Assembly (NCBI GenBank): GCA_036679605.1
Contig: JAZDCZ010000407.1
Location: 1-64,000, forward strand
Length of the DNA: 64,000 nt
Origin: Gemmatimonadota bacterium
GTDB taxonomy: Bacteria; Gemmatimonadota; Gemmatimonadetes; Gemmatimonadales; GWC2-71-9
Reading direction: 5' to 3'
Shown: one piece after another, positions 1-9,537 of the stretch
Position numbering within the stretch: position 1 is the first letter of the stretch
How the letters are laid out: every line of letters begins with the position of its first letter
The notes under the pieces: model-generated
Databases searched by the model: none
Seen by the model: only the letters and a program-made list of their open reading frames with translations
What the model was told of the DNA's origin: nothing
Translations under genes and position numbers: made by a program

Positions 1-109
1 CAATGATACTGTACGAACCATTTTCACAAATTATTCTATCTGAAAGGAAATTGTGGGGGTTCGCTTTCCCCCACCGGCACTAGGCCGGTGGTACCCCCGT
101 TCACACTTT
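1..109 (-). mobile_element. tnpB: Left end and tnpB start of an IS200/IS605-family element (copy 1; the rest is outside the window)
   Basis: The reverse strand reads AAAGTGTGAACGGGGGTACCACCGGCCTAGTGCCGGTGG...GTGAAAATGGTTCGTACAGTATCATTG, matching the left ends and tnpB starts at 40821-40930 and 43651-43760. It has a subterminal hairpin and a GTG start at 27. Confidence 0.85.
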
Positions 110-164
110 ATGGAATTGCTTGTGCGGTACACTACGAGACCGCAAGGATGTTTGGGGAGGGTAT

Positions 165-446
165 ATGAGACTTATGAAGGACAACGCTATTTCTTTGGCC
201 AAGGCTGAGCGGAAGGATTTCTTCGCCGTGTACAGCCCGAGTGAGAAGGATGTGGATTCTATGGATCGGGTCGAGATAGTCGATCCGGAGGAAGCGTCTT
301 GGGTAAAGTTCGCCTTTGAGTCCAAAATAGACGAGTCGTCCGGTGTCCAGAAGCAGGTGCTGTCCCGCGCCGCCGTAGTGCTGGGCGAGTTGTGTCGCCG
401 ACTCCGTGATGATTCGCGGCAGGATTCGGAGACCGCAGGTGGCTGA
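165..446 (+). CDS. Hypothetical protein
   Basis: GGAGG upstream; the ATG overlaps an upstream TGA (ATGA); its stop overlaps the next gene's start region. Confidence 0.5.
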   Translation: MRLMKDNAISLAKAERKDFFAVYSPSEKDVDSMDRVEIVDPEEASWVKFAFESKIDESSGVQKQVLSRAAVVLGELCRRLRDDSRQDSETAGG

Positions 447-1485
447 TAGGGTTATAGTCGCGGGCGTCCATCGCGCGAACATTCGGGTGGAGTCGATGAC
501 TGTCCGACAGATGTGCGGCAGAGCTGGTCGTCCTAAAATAGTGGATGGCAAGGTGGCACTTTCCCGCGGGGATGCGTATGTACTCCTGCCGGAGGCGGAA
601 TTCAATGCCCTGCGAGAGGAATATGGCCGGGTCGAACCTGTGGTTAGCAGACTAAATGGCGTCCGCCCTTTGGCCTTCCATGTGGTCAGCGAGATAGTGC
701 AGGGCCGTGTCGTGGATTCGTCATCATTCGCCGACTGGCATTCTAGGAGTCTCGCGCATGCGCAAGGCCAGACGCTTGAGCGATCCCAGATAGAGGATGT
801 GTTCTCCGCGCTCGTGCGCCTCAAGGCGATTGAGACATCGGACGACGGCGAGACATTCGTTGCCACGAAACTGGGGAAATTGGCGTACGCTATGTATTTT
901 TCGCCTTGGCAGGTGTGTGGTTGGTTTCTAAATTTCATGAGGTTGTTCAAGGATAAGCATAAGGTTGACGGCGTGTCCGTGTCATGGGCGCTGTGCAATA
1001 CACGCGAGTACGCCGAGGGCATGTCCGGTGCTGGGGACAGTGCGGAGCATGTGACCGCCTTCCGCAGTGCGTGTACCAAAAAAGGCCTTCGGATCGAGAA
1101 GTCCCCAGCGGTGGTGGGTACGGCCTACCGCGCTTTGATGGACGGCAAACGGCTTCCTGGCTTGGAGGGCGTGCAAGGGCAGTTGCTCGCCGACATCGAC
1201 AGGGTCACCACCACACTCGCGCTTATGGAGAAGATGTGCGCCCCCTCGTGGTCGTACGGCAGATGGTCTGATCTCGGTGCCATGATCCGGTACGGACTGC
1301 CTCCAGCGATGGCATCGCTTACTAGGCTCGACGGTGTCGGAGGCAAGCGGGCTAGGATACTGTGGTCGTGCGGCGTACGGAGTCCGAAGGAGCTGCTTTC
1401 GCGACCAGAACTGCATGACAAGCTGCGTGGACAAATCGGCGCGAAAGTCTTCGACACTATCCTTCGCTCGGCGAGGGGGAGTTAG
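439..1485 (+). CDS. C-terminal half of a Ski2/Hel308-like SF2 helicase (end of motif V, motif VI, winged-helix/ratchet region, HhH)
   Basis: ADRVIVAG...QMCGRAGRP; ATKLGKLAYAMYFSP; LTRLDGVGGKRARILW. No Walker A or DExH motif. GTG at 439 has GGAG 7 nt upstream. Confidence 0.8.
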   Translation: MADRVIVAGVHRANIRVESMTVRQMCGRAGRPKIVDGKVALSRGDAYVLLPEAEFNALREEYGRVEPVVSRLNGVRPLAFHVVSEIVQGRVVDSSSFADWHSRSLAHAQGQTLERSQIEDVFSALVRLKAIETSDDGETFVATKLGKLAYAMYFSPWQVCGWFLNFMRLFKDKHKVDGVSVSWALCNTREYAEGMSGAGDSAEHVTAFRSACTKKGLRIEKSPAVVGTAYRALMDGKRLPGLEGVQGQLLADIDRVTTTLALMEKMCAPSWSYGRWSDLGAMIRYGLPPAMASLTRLDGVGGKRARILWSCGVRSPKELLSRPELHDKLRGQIGAKVFDTILRSARGS

Positions 1486-2738
1486 TCGGATATGCCGAGG
1501 CGGTACTCCGTTGCCTGCGATACCCTCTCTATGGCGACGAGATATGCCGCCTCCCGCAGCTTTGTGCAATCCCTACCGCTGGCCACCCAAGTCGCGTCGA
1601 AGGCTCGCTGCATCGCGGAGGCGAGTTCCGAATGCACCCGCGCCTTGTTCCAGCGGAATCCTTGCCTGTTTTGCACCCATTCAAAATAGGAGACAACCAC
1701 GCCCCCTGCGTTTGCTAGTATGTCTGGCACGACTGTTACACCACGATCCTTCAGTGACTCGCTCGCGCTTGCGGTGAGAGGCTCATTGGCGGCCTCGATG
1801 ACCATTTTGGCTCGCACATCGTTGACATTGGAGTCCGTCACAACCCCGCCGAGCGCCGCTGGCACGAGGATGTCCACATCGGCGGCCAGCAACTCCTCCG
1901 CCGATATGCGAAATGACCCAGCCGCAGACAGCAGAGCGTCGGCAATCGGTTCCCTGCGGATCGACGCCTCCATTGCGACGCGCAGGATGTCCGCTGGGAA
2001 CCCTTTGTCACATTGCACCGCGCCCCACTGGTCGCACACGGCGACGATATTCGCCCCGCGATCCTGCGCGGCTAGGGAGAACCATGATCCGACATTGCCG
2101 AACCCTTGCACGGCGACAGTCTTCCCAGGCATGTTCTCCCCCAAGGCGTCGCACATATGTTTCGCCACCATGGCCACGCCTGTTCCGGTGGCCTCCGTCC
2201 TGCCGTATGACCCACCTAGACTGATAGGCTTGCCTGTCACCACTGCTGGGTCGTAGCCCTCAAACTTACCCCATTGGTCGGCGAACCACGCCATGACCTG
2301 TGCGTTCGTACCCATGTCCGGCGCAGGGATGTCCTTCTTGGGCCCGACTGCGGAGCTGAGTTTCCGCGCGAACACCCTAGTCATTCTTTCCAGTTCCGCT
2401 TGGCTCAACTTTGTGGGGTCGCAGGCCACCCCTCCTTTGGCACCGCCGAATGGAATATCGAATAGCGCGGTCTTCCATGTCATAAGGCGGGCGAGGGAAC
2501 ATATTTCCGCTGGGTTCACATCAGGGTGGTAGCGCATACCGCCTTTGTATGGCCCGCGGGAGGCGTTGTGTTGGACGCGGAAGCCGTACGCGATCTCTAA
2601 CTCCCCACTGTCTAGTCGGAACGGTATCTGGACTTGGATTATCCTGTAGGGTGTCTCTAGCAGCGCTGTCATGGATTCAGACAGGCCCAGCTTAGCGGCC
2701 GCGCGGCGCAGCATCGGATCTTGCACTATGTTGAACAT
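1482..2738 (-). CDS. gdhA: Glu/Leu/Phe/Val dehydrogenase (glutamate dehydrogenase)
   Basis: GPYKGGMRYHP, PFGGAKGG, DIPAPDMGT, VQGFGNVG, NAGGVVVSYFEWVQN; AGGAGG before the ATG at 2738. Confidence 0.95.
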   Translation of the reverse strand: MFNIVQDPMLRRAAAKLGLSESMTALLETPYRIIQVQIPFRLDSGELEIAYGFRVQHNASRGPYKGGMRYHPDVNPAEICSLARLMTWKTALFDIPFGGAKGGVACDPTKLSQAELERMTRVFARKLSSAVGPKKDIPAPDMGTNAQVMAWFADQWGKFEGYDPAVVTGKPISLGGSYGRTEATGTGVAMVAKHMCDALGENMPGKTVAVQGFGNVGSWFSLAAQDRGANIVAVCDQWGAVQCDKGFPADILRVAMEASIRREPIADALLSAAGSFRISAEELLAADVDILVPAALGGVVTDSNVNDVRAKMVIEAANEPLTASASESLKDRGVTVVPDILANAGGVVVSYFEWVQNRQGFRWNKARVHSELASAMQRAFDATWVASGRDCTKLREAAYLVAIERVSQATEYRLGISD

Positions 2739-2813
2739 AGGTGGCCTCCTTGCCCCCTCGGCGGGTCGTGTAAACAAAATAAGAAAGGCAAAGGTGTGCA
2801 GAGATGCAGTGGT

Positions 2814-2853
2814 AAAAAATAGGTCGGCTGGTGCTATGTAACACCAGCCGACC
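2814..2853 (-). terminator. Intrinsic terminator after flp
   Basis: Perfect 12-bp stem GGTCGGCTGGTG/CACCAGCCGACC followed by a T-tract on the minus strand. Confidence 0.8.
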
Positions 2854-2863
2854 AAAGTCAGAC

Positions 2864-3043
2864 TTAGAGGCCGTCGATGTTCGTCTTAACATCTGCAAAT
2901 ACGGTATTCACAGACTGGCCTAGTGCGCCAACCGTAGCGATGCAGGCCACGATAATGAGCGCGAGCATAACGGCATACTCTGTTGCCGTTGGGCCATCTT
3001 CAGATTTCAGGAAACGCTTGGCTGTGTTCAAAAACGAATTCAT
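2864..3043 (-). CDS. flp: Flp/Fap type IVb pilin (59 aa; not in the ORF track)
   Basis: MNSFLNTAKRFLKSEDG|PTATEYAVMLALIIVACIATVGALGQSVNTVFADVKTNIDGL; G|xxxxEY prepilin motif; AAAGGAG RBS. Confidence 0.92.
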   Translation of the reverse strand: MNSFLNTAKRFLKSEDGPTATEYAVMLALIIVACIATVGALGQSVNTVFADVKTNIDGL

Positions 3044-3316
3044 AAGGAACTCCTTTCATTGGCGGGGCGAAAGTACCCCACAGATTTAACGAAGGTCATG
3101 GCATAGAAGCCCTATACCTTCGGGAAGGCAAACTCTAGCCTCTGGGGGCTGAGCAAAAATCTCTTTGGGGAACGATTTTGCTTTTTGTAACCCATTGGTG
3201 CGTACAATGTAGCAATTCGATCCTCGCACATGAATCATATGATATATTCGTGAGGAGGCAAACCTTGTTCGGTTATCGGCTGAATCGATGAAGTTTTGTC
3301 CCCTCACATAATAGCC

Positions 3317-4036
3317 ATGGCCGTTACTAGGGAAAACGCCGCAGTCGGGGAAGCGATACAGCTTAGGCTGTTCGTGCGCGACAGCCTTGGCACGCTGACT
3401 GACGCCGATGTCGGCCCACTTCGTCTGTTTGACGACGACACGAACGACCTTTTAGAGACCATACCCGCGCCGACTCGCCTCCGTAAAGGGGTATATGAGG
3501 CGGTGACGAATCCGGCGTGGAATGATCAAAGGCGTCGGGTACGGGATGAGTGGCAGGTGACCCCCCAAGGAGCCTCTGATCCAAGTGTTGTATCGCAGTC
3601 ATTCCTAATACCGGATCCAGATGAGTGTCTCGCTTTAGATCATGTGGACGACGGCGTGCCTGTGCGCGTTGGTTCCACCATTGAAGGCGTTGAGAGGGGT
3701 TTGTTTGAACTTCGTGTGACAGAGGACTGCCTGCACGAGAATGTGCCGGCTGGGACGCCCGTGTCCTGCCTAGGCGACAGGCTATTGGACGCCCGTCAGG
3801 ACGCATGCAGGTTTGTGTGCGGCAAAGCGGGGTTTGAGCCATCCTTGGATCCCATCGTCCGAATACATCCCCACACCCCTTGGTGGAACGCCCTGATTCG
3901 TATATTCGATCTCGTGCCATCCACCCGCATCGGTAAAATGTGGCTCCAAGACAGGGTATGCGCCGAGATCGGCGGCCAGCCTGCCGTCGTACTTGTTTTC
4001 CGCTTCGTCGCATGCGACCCCGCTGACTTGGCGTAG
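3317..4036 (+). CDS. Hypothetical protein (possibly virion-associated, beta-rich N-terminus)
   Basis: Long clean ORF; no recognisable motif. Confidence 0.55.
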   Translation: MAVTRENAAVGEAIQLRLFVRDSLGTLTDADVGPLRLFDDDTNDLLETIPAPTRLRKGVYEAVTNPAWNDQRRRVRDEWQVTPQGASDPSVVSQSFLIPDPDECLALDHVDDGVPVRVGSTIEGVERGLFELRVTEDCLHENVPAGTPVSCLGDRLLDARQDACRFVCGKAGFEPSLDPIVRIHPHTPWWNALIRIFDLVPSTRIGKMWLQDRVCAEIGGQPAVVLVFRFVACDPADLA

Positions 4037-4158
4037 CAGTATTACCAGACCAGTGAGATAATCCACCCTTCCTACTTGCGTTCCACCCATACATATCGTA
4101 ATTTTCCCATGGCTCCGACGGCACCGATATCCGGTTGTTTGGTAGAGCCAGTGGAGAC

Positions 4159-5619
4159 ATGAAGATGAAGACTAAGATCGTGTTCGTGGCCATGCTCGCG
4201 CTGTTTACGGCCGGGCAAGCACAGGCTAGCGGGAGGGGACATAAGAAGAACAAGGTTGAGATGTGCCATAAGGGGAACACCATCATGGTGTCCGGCCACT
4301 CCGCCGAGAAGCATCTCCGGCACGGTGATTCCATCGGGTCATGCGCCATGTGCGATCCGCTGATCGACTCGGACGGCACTGTCGTCATCTGCAAGGACGG
4401 CGAGACCAAACACATGAAGCCAAACAAGGCGTGTAGGGAGGTTGCGAAAGGGAAGGTTGAGTTTGGCTTCTGTGATGAATCCGATTCGGTTGGCTCCGAC
4501 GACAGCGATGGCGGTTCTGATTCTGATGGCTCCGACGACAGCACTGATGACGGCTCCGATGACGATGACGATGATTCCAATGCTTTCGTCGATACTGATG
4601 CCGACGGGGTATACGACAGCGCCGATGCCTGCCCTAACACCGTCTCGGGCGATCCTGCGGACGCATCCGGCTGTTCCTGCACCCAACGCGGTGACTGCGA
4701 CGCCGATGGCGACGGAGTTTTTGACCAAGATGACCTTTGCCCTAACACTGTAGGCGATCCTGTGGACGCATCCGGCTGTTCCTGCACCCAACGCGGCGAC
4801 TGCGACGCCGATGGCGACGGGGTGTACGATCAGGATGACGCCTGCCCAAGCACCCCTACTGGCGACATTGTGTACGCGGACGGCTGCACCGTTGTCACCA
4901 TCTCTGCTTTTGCTGGTCCGGACATGTCCGCCCTTCCAGGCGACACTGTGAATGTAGTTGGTCAAGGGTCAGTGTTGACTGGCGGCTATGACTCAGCGAA
5001 TCTAGTGTACACATGGGAGCAAGTGGGCGGTACCCCTGTATGGTTCCAGTTTTCCAGCCCGCCGCTGGCCGTAGATATGACTGGCTCCGGCGCGACCGCC
5101 ACCTTTATGCTGACGGTATCCACCGCAGATGGCTCCGCCACTGCGACTGACCAGTTCACGATCAATGTGAACACCGCCGCCATCATTGTGGCCAGCGCCA
5201 ATTGCGACCCGGTGACGGGACATTGTTATGCTTTGGCCAAGCTTCCGAATGGGGCGAACGACAATCTCCCATGGGACGACGCCAAGGCTAAGGCCAACAA
5301 CATGTATTTCAACGGGATGCGCGGCCATTTGGCCACGGTCACGAGCATCGAGGAAAGACGCGACATCGCTGGCACCGCGAGAAACGCCGTCGCCTTCTTG
5401 GCTGGCACTGATCGGGTGACAGAGGGCGTCTGGATGTGGGCTGATGGCCCGGAAGCCGGACAGCCCATCCAGTATCTCCCTTGGGCCCTCAATGAACCCA
5501 GCAACTCCTACAACTGGAGATGGCCGGAGGGTGAAGATTACCTCGTGCATGAGGCTCGGGGGGAGAACGACGGCCCCGGTAGCGGGTGGTACTATGTCGA
5601 GTTCGAGGCGGGTTGGTAG
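4159..5619 (+). CDS. Secreted Ca-binding adhesin-like protein: signal peptide, Asp/Ser tract, thrombospondin type-3-like repeats, PKD-like domain, C-type lectin domain
   Basis: Signal peptide ending AQA; DxDGDGVxDxxDxCP repeats; AGPD...YTWEQVGG; GHLATVTSIEE...EGVWMWADG...WALNEPSN. Confidence 0.85.
   Translation: MKMKTKIVFVAMLALFTAGQAQASGRGHKKNKVEMCHKGNTIMVSGHSAEKHLRHGDSIGSCAMCDPLIDSDGTVVICKDGETKHMKPNKACREVAKGKVEFGFCDESDSVGSDDSDGGSDSDGSDDSTDDGSDDDDDDSNAFVDTDADGVYDSADACPNTVSGDPADASGCSCTQRGDCDADGDGVFDQDDLCPNTVGDPVDASGCSCTQRGDCDADGDGVYDQDDACPSTPTGDIVYADGCTVVTISAFAGPDMSALPGDTVNVVGQGSVLTGGYDSANLVYTWEQVGGTPVWFQFSSPPLAVDMTGSGATATFMLTVSTADGSATATDQFTINVNTAAIIVASANCDPVTGHCYALAKLPNGANDNLPWDDAKAKANNMYFNGMRGHLATVTSIEERRDIAGTARNAVAFLAGTDRVTEGVWMWADGPEAGQPIQYLPWALNEPSNSYNWRWPEGEDYLVHEARGENDGPGSGWYYVEFEAGW
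4632..4821 (+). repeat. Two near-identical direct repeats (about 108-bp period) encoding TSP3-like units
   Basis: GGCGATCCTG[C/T]GGACGCATCCGGCTGTTCCTGCACCCAACGCGG[T/C]GACTGCGACGCCGATGGCGACGG occurs twice. Confidence 0.9.
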
Positions 5620-5647
5620 AGACCCAAGACAGGATGGGTAATAAGGA

Positions 5648-5674
5648 GGGCCGCCCCGGAGGGCGGCCCTTTTT
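5648..5674 (+). terminator. Intrinsic terminator
   Basis: GGGCCGCCC-CGGA-GGGCGGCCC-TTTTT. Confidence 0.85.
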
Positions 5675-5693
5675 GTGCATTTATACACAGGAA

Positions 5694-6461
5694 TCACAGC
5701 ATTTCTTGGCCTATACGCCCCCTGCTGCTCAGGAAATACACGCGACTTTCTGCTCCGACAAAGTGCGTAAGTATACTCCTGGCCGTGTCCTCCGACCCGC
5801 CGAATCCCCACCTGAATAGTCCATTCGGCCCCTTCACCTCGTCTAATCCTAACTCCGACTCGTCCGGCGGACACCTTTCCGGACACGGGCTAGGCTTCGT
5901 CCGCTTACCGTTCTCGTCGTGGCACCACAGGATGTCGTGTATGTCCTGATGTGTGCCATTGTGTTCCTTGAAGAACGCGGTGTTACAGACATAGAATGCG
6001 CCACACATTCTCCTGCCACCCTCTATCCTGATGTCGGAGCCAAGTCTCTTCCGGACAAGCGTCCCAGTAACGGTTATGTCGAACACGTGCGGATCGCGCC
6101 GTATTCCGAACATTACCGCGTCTGGGTACCTCGCCACGCACTCCTCGACATAGTTGAACCAGCCCTCGCCGAGGTCTGTGTCCGCGTCGGTCTTGATGAA
6201 CCAGTCGCCCGACGCCAGCGTGTTGAGGCTCCTGGTGCAGTGCAGGATGTGGGTCAGGTAGTCCCAGCCAGGGGCGTGATCCGGCTTGTGTACGAAGTCG
6301 AAGTTAGGCTTTAATTCCTCGATCTCCATGTCGGTCAGGAAGGCCGACCCCAAGTGGACGCGTCCGTGCGGGTGCATCCTCGGCAGGAGCATCTTCATGC
6401 GGTGAAAATGTTGGGATCCACCGTTGATGAATATGTCTATACGGTCCTTGGAGAGTCCCAT
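5694..6461 (-). CDS. Putative GT-A-fold glycosyltransferase
   Basis: DWFIKTDADT (DxD motif); late SED motif; glycan-gene context. Confidence 0.6.
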   Translation of the reverse strand: MGLSKDRIDIFINGGSQHFHRMKMLLPRMHPHGRVHLGSAFLTDMEIEELKPNFDFVHKPDHAPGWDYLTHILHCTRSLNTLASGDWFIKTDADTDLGEGWFNYVEECVARYPDAVMFGIRRDPHVFDITVTGTLVRKRLGSDIRIEGGRRMCGAFYVCNTAFFKEHNGTHQDIHDILWCHDENGKRTKPSPCPERCPPDESELGLDEVKGPNGLFRWGFGGSEDTARSILTHFVGAESRVYFLSSRGRIGQEML

Positions 6462-6528
6462 TGTAGCAGTGTGCTGTGGGAAAAAGTTTATAGGGTCTTG
6501 CTGATCTAGTATCAACCAAGGGGGATGA

Positions 6529-7479
6529 ATGGCCATAGACATGTGTACAACCGTGAGCTGCGAGGCGGACATCCTGTGTCTTAACGCGCTTCTTTATTCG
6601 TTGCATAAGTTCGGAGAGCTAAGGTCGCTGAACCTTCTTGTGTCCGTGAACTCGTCGGATGCCAAGTGTGAGGAGTCGCTCCGGGATATGTGCGGTACCC
6701 ATGGCATCAGGTCTCTGTATACCGACAGGTTCCCACGGAAGACTGGGGATCCGGCTTGGCAGCACGGGCTGTCCCTGAACAGGTTGGTAAACAAGACCAC
6801 GACGGATCATGTGCTTTTCATAGACCCAGACATCATCGTCACATCTCGTAGGTTGTGGTCATATTGTATGGAGGAGATACAGGACAAATTCATGGTCGGG
6901 ACGCCCTACCATGACGCGCAGGCGCGCATAGTGTGGCAAGGCACCTTTCCGAACATCTGGCTGGCAATAGTGGATGGTCTTGTATTGAGGGAGTCCGGGC
7001 TGGACATGCGCCCCGGCTCGAAGCACCTTTGTCCGGAAGGGTGGATGACGGACGAAGAGTTCAGGAGATATTATTTATCCGTTGGAGGGCAGGAGACGCC
7101 GCCGCAGGCTTGGACACTCAGAAGGAAGTCAGGTGGCGCATTGAGGGACACCGGATGGGAGCTGGCCGGACACGCCTATAAGCGCAATTTGGCGCATCGC
7201 AGCCTTGAGTATTTCGCGGGCGGACTGAGTCGCAAGAATCGCGGCAGGAGTCTTGGCCACTCCATTGAACAATGGCTATTGCAATCCAACAGCGCGAAAA
7301 GAGGAACACATGTTTCGATAGCCAGAAAATTGCGAGAGATAAGTCCGTTGGAGTTTTGTTTTCATGACACTAAGGAAATATGTTGCCTTCATTTACTGCA
7401 TGCCACAACTAAGCCTGACCGAGCCAAGGCTTGGATAGAGATCGCAAAACACATTGTAGATTTATGTTACCAGATGTAA
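6529..7479 (+). CDS. Putative GT2-like glycosyltransferase (paralog of 11882-12754)
   Basis: QHGLSLN...HVLFIDPDII; shares CLxxLLYSLxKF, F[ML]VGTPY and LDMRP blocks with its paralog. Confidence 0.7.
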   Translation: MAIDMCTTVSCEADILCLNALLYSLHKFGELRSLNLLVSVNSSDAKCEESLRDMCGTHGIRSLYTDRFPRKTGDPAWQHGLSLNRLVNKTTTDHVLFIDPDIIVTSRRLWSYCMEEIQDKFMVGTPYHDAQARIVWQGTFPNIWLAIVDGLVLRESGLDMRPGSKHLCPEGWMTDEEFRRYYLSVGGQETPPQAWTLRRKSGGALRDTGWELAGHAYKRNLAHRSLEYFAGGLSRKNRGRSLGHSIEQWLLQSNSAKRGTHVSIARKLREISPLEFCFHDTKEICCLHLLHATTKPDRAKAWIEIAKHIVDLCYQM

Positions 7480-8002
7480 GTCCTAGGTTTCGCGCGTCTG
7501 TGGCCTAGCTGGAACACTTCCGTGTGCCGACATATCTGACGAAGCCTGCCCAGCTAGAATCCGAGCGGCGCAATGTCGAGAATCTAGGCGTCCAAGGAGC
7601 GATCCAGACCTCCGTCTTGAATGTATGCCACCTTCCTGTGCCTTTTGATACGCTGATATTTGATGCCTGCCCCGTCGCATGTGAGCAGGTACTGGCCTGT
7701 GTTCGGCTCTCGGACTCTCGGACTTTAGATCAGTTGGTTTTTGATGAATAAGCGCCGCAACTAAGTCAGTAAATATCTCATACGCTCAGTCAATACACTT
7801 CGCAAGGCGGTACTCGGTGATTGGCAGTCTGTTTTCTCACTGCCCTCTGCCTGCTAACGGACTGATAAAGTTCTTCTCGCAGCATTACATGCGGTCAAAA
7901 TATACCGCTGCGGGAAATCCTACTTTTTGGCACCCCGGGCGGTGTCCAATAAGGAATCACGCACACCGGCTTATAAACTGTTTCCGAATGTAGGAGGTCT
8001 AA

Positions 8003-9115
8003 ATGATCGATTTGTTCAAGGTGCATATGCCGACGGGAATTGACAAGAGGATGTCCGCCACGCTGTCATCTGGTTATGTGACAGAGGGGCCCAAGGTCAG
8101 GGAATTCGAGCAGAGGATGGCGGACTACCTCGGCAACCCGCATGTGGCCGCAGTCAATTCCTGCACGAGCGGGCTAACCCTATCCCTGTTGGCCGCTGAT
8201 GTGGAGCCTGGCGACGAGGTCGTGACGACCCCGATGACTTGTATGGCCGGGAACATTCCCATACACACGCTCGGTGCCAAGATAGTCTGGGCCGACGTGG
8301 ATCCGACTACTGGTAATATAGACCCGGAGTCGGTGGAGCGTGCGATCACCCGGAAGACCAAGGCCATTCTCTATGTCCATTGGGCAGGGCAGCCGGCGGA
8401 CATAGCCCACATTGCTGCGGTCGCCGAGAGGCATGGGTTGAAGGTTATAGAGGACGCAGCCCATGCCCTCGGTGCGGAACACGACGGCCGGAAGGTAGGC
8501 AACCATGGAGATTTCGTCTGCTTCTCATTCCAAGCGATAAAGCACATAACCACGGGGGACGGCGGACTCGTGGCGTTCAATGGCGTCGAGGCGCGGCAAA
8601 ACATGGATCGGCTGGCGAGGATGCGGTGGTACGGCCTCGACAGGAGATTCAACCGATCCGTCACCAAGTGGCACACAGACATAGCCGACATCGGGTTCAA
8701 GATGAACATGAACGACATCGCGGGTACACTCGGCGTGGCGCAGATGGATCATATCGATCGCATCGTCGGCGCGCATAGGGCGAACTCGGAGAGATACGAC
8801 CGCGACCTAGCTAATGTTCAGGGGATCACCCTCTTGCGGAGGAATCCACAGTCCAAAACCGCCGCGTGGATATACACCCTGCTGCTGGACTCTGAACAGG
8901 AGAGGGAACGGTTCGCGGCGCACCTGACTGGCAACGGGGTGGCCTGTAATGTCGTGCATGTGAGGAATGACGAGTATTCCGTGTTTGCGCCGTACCGCGC
9001 GAAGCTTCCTGGCGTGGACGAGTTCTGCTCTAGGATGATCAACATACCCTGCGGATGGTGGCTGTCGGATGACGATCTAGACACGGTGGTGCGGGTCATA
9101 AAGAAGGGATGGTGA
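8003..9115 (+). CDS. DegT/DnrJ/EryC1/StrS sugar aminotransferase
   Basis: VNSCTSGL, IEDAAHALG, FSFQAIKHITTGDGG (PLP lysine). Confidence 0.95.
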   Translation: MIDLFKVHMPTGIDKRMSATLSSGYVTEGPKVREFEQRMADYLGNPHVAAVNSCTSGLTLSLLAADVEPGDEVVTTPMTCMAGNIPIHTLGAKIVWADVDPTTGNIDPESVERAITRKTKAILYVHWAGQPADIAHIAAVAERHGLKVIEDAAHALGAEHDGRKVGNHGDFVCFSFQAIKHITTGDGGLVAFNGVEARQNMDRLARMRWYGLDRRFNRSVTKWHTDIADIGFKMNMNDIAGTLGVAQMDHIDRIVGAHRANSERYDRDLANVQGITLLRRNPQSKTAAWIYTLLLDSEQERERFAAHLTGNGVACNVVHVRNDEYSVFAPYRAKLPGVDEFCSRMINIPCGWWLSDDDLDTVVRVIKKGW

Positions 9116-9537
9116 TGGGAATGGAACTCCGGAGGATTGGCACTAAAGGCGTTGACGGCAAGCCGAACGGGTGGATTACCCCCATTTTCAGGGACTATGA
9201 CGAGTTTTTCAAGGATTACCGTGTTCGGTTTGTCTACGCGTCAGCCGTCGCCCCTAGGGTCAGCAAGGGGCCGCATGTGCACCATAAGCGCCAATGTATG
9301 CTGATCCCGATCTCTGGCAATGTGACGGTCGTCAAAAGGGTGGACGGGGAGTATATGAGGTGCGAGCTGGATGCGGCGAATCCGTCCGTATGTCACATAC
9401 CGACGCATGTTCCGTTCCTCGTGTCGAACGAGTCCGACTCGGAGGCGATCCTCCTGAACTTGGCGGATCACGCTTGGCGACCGGACGATCAGGACTCCCC
9501 TGTCGTGGAGGACTGGAACTGGGAGGAGGGCGAATGA
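9115..9537 (+). CDS. RmlC/FdtA-like cupin (sugar epimerase/isomerase)
   Basis: KGPHVHHKR cupin motif; operon position. Confidence 0.75.
   Translation: MGMELRRIGTKGVDGKPNGWITPIFRDYDEFFKDYRVRFVYASAVAPRVSKGPHVHHKRQCMLIPISGNVTVVKRVDGEYMRCELDAANPSVCHIPTHVPFLVSNESDSEAILLNLADHAWRPDDQDSPVVEDWNWEEGE

Noticed and set aside
110..168. Possible RuvC-like C-terminus (xGIACAVHYETARMFGEGI*) interrupted by IS copy 1
   Set aside because: Only ~19 codons are visible, too short to assign.
3061..3200. c-di-GMP riboswitch upstream of flp
   Set aside because: The GGCAAA-like words are on the wrong strand and the GEMM P1-P3 pattern cannot be built.
3363..4787. 474-aa minus-strand ORF and similar long antisense ORFs (e.g. 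132-1079, 33645-34955, 37465-38379)
   Set aside because: These are shadow frames opposite well-supported genes.
7483..7960. Degraded gene between the glycosyltransferase and the aminotransferase
   Set aside because: Only broken short frames with no recognisable motif.
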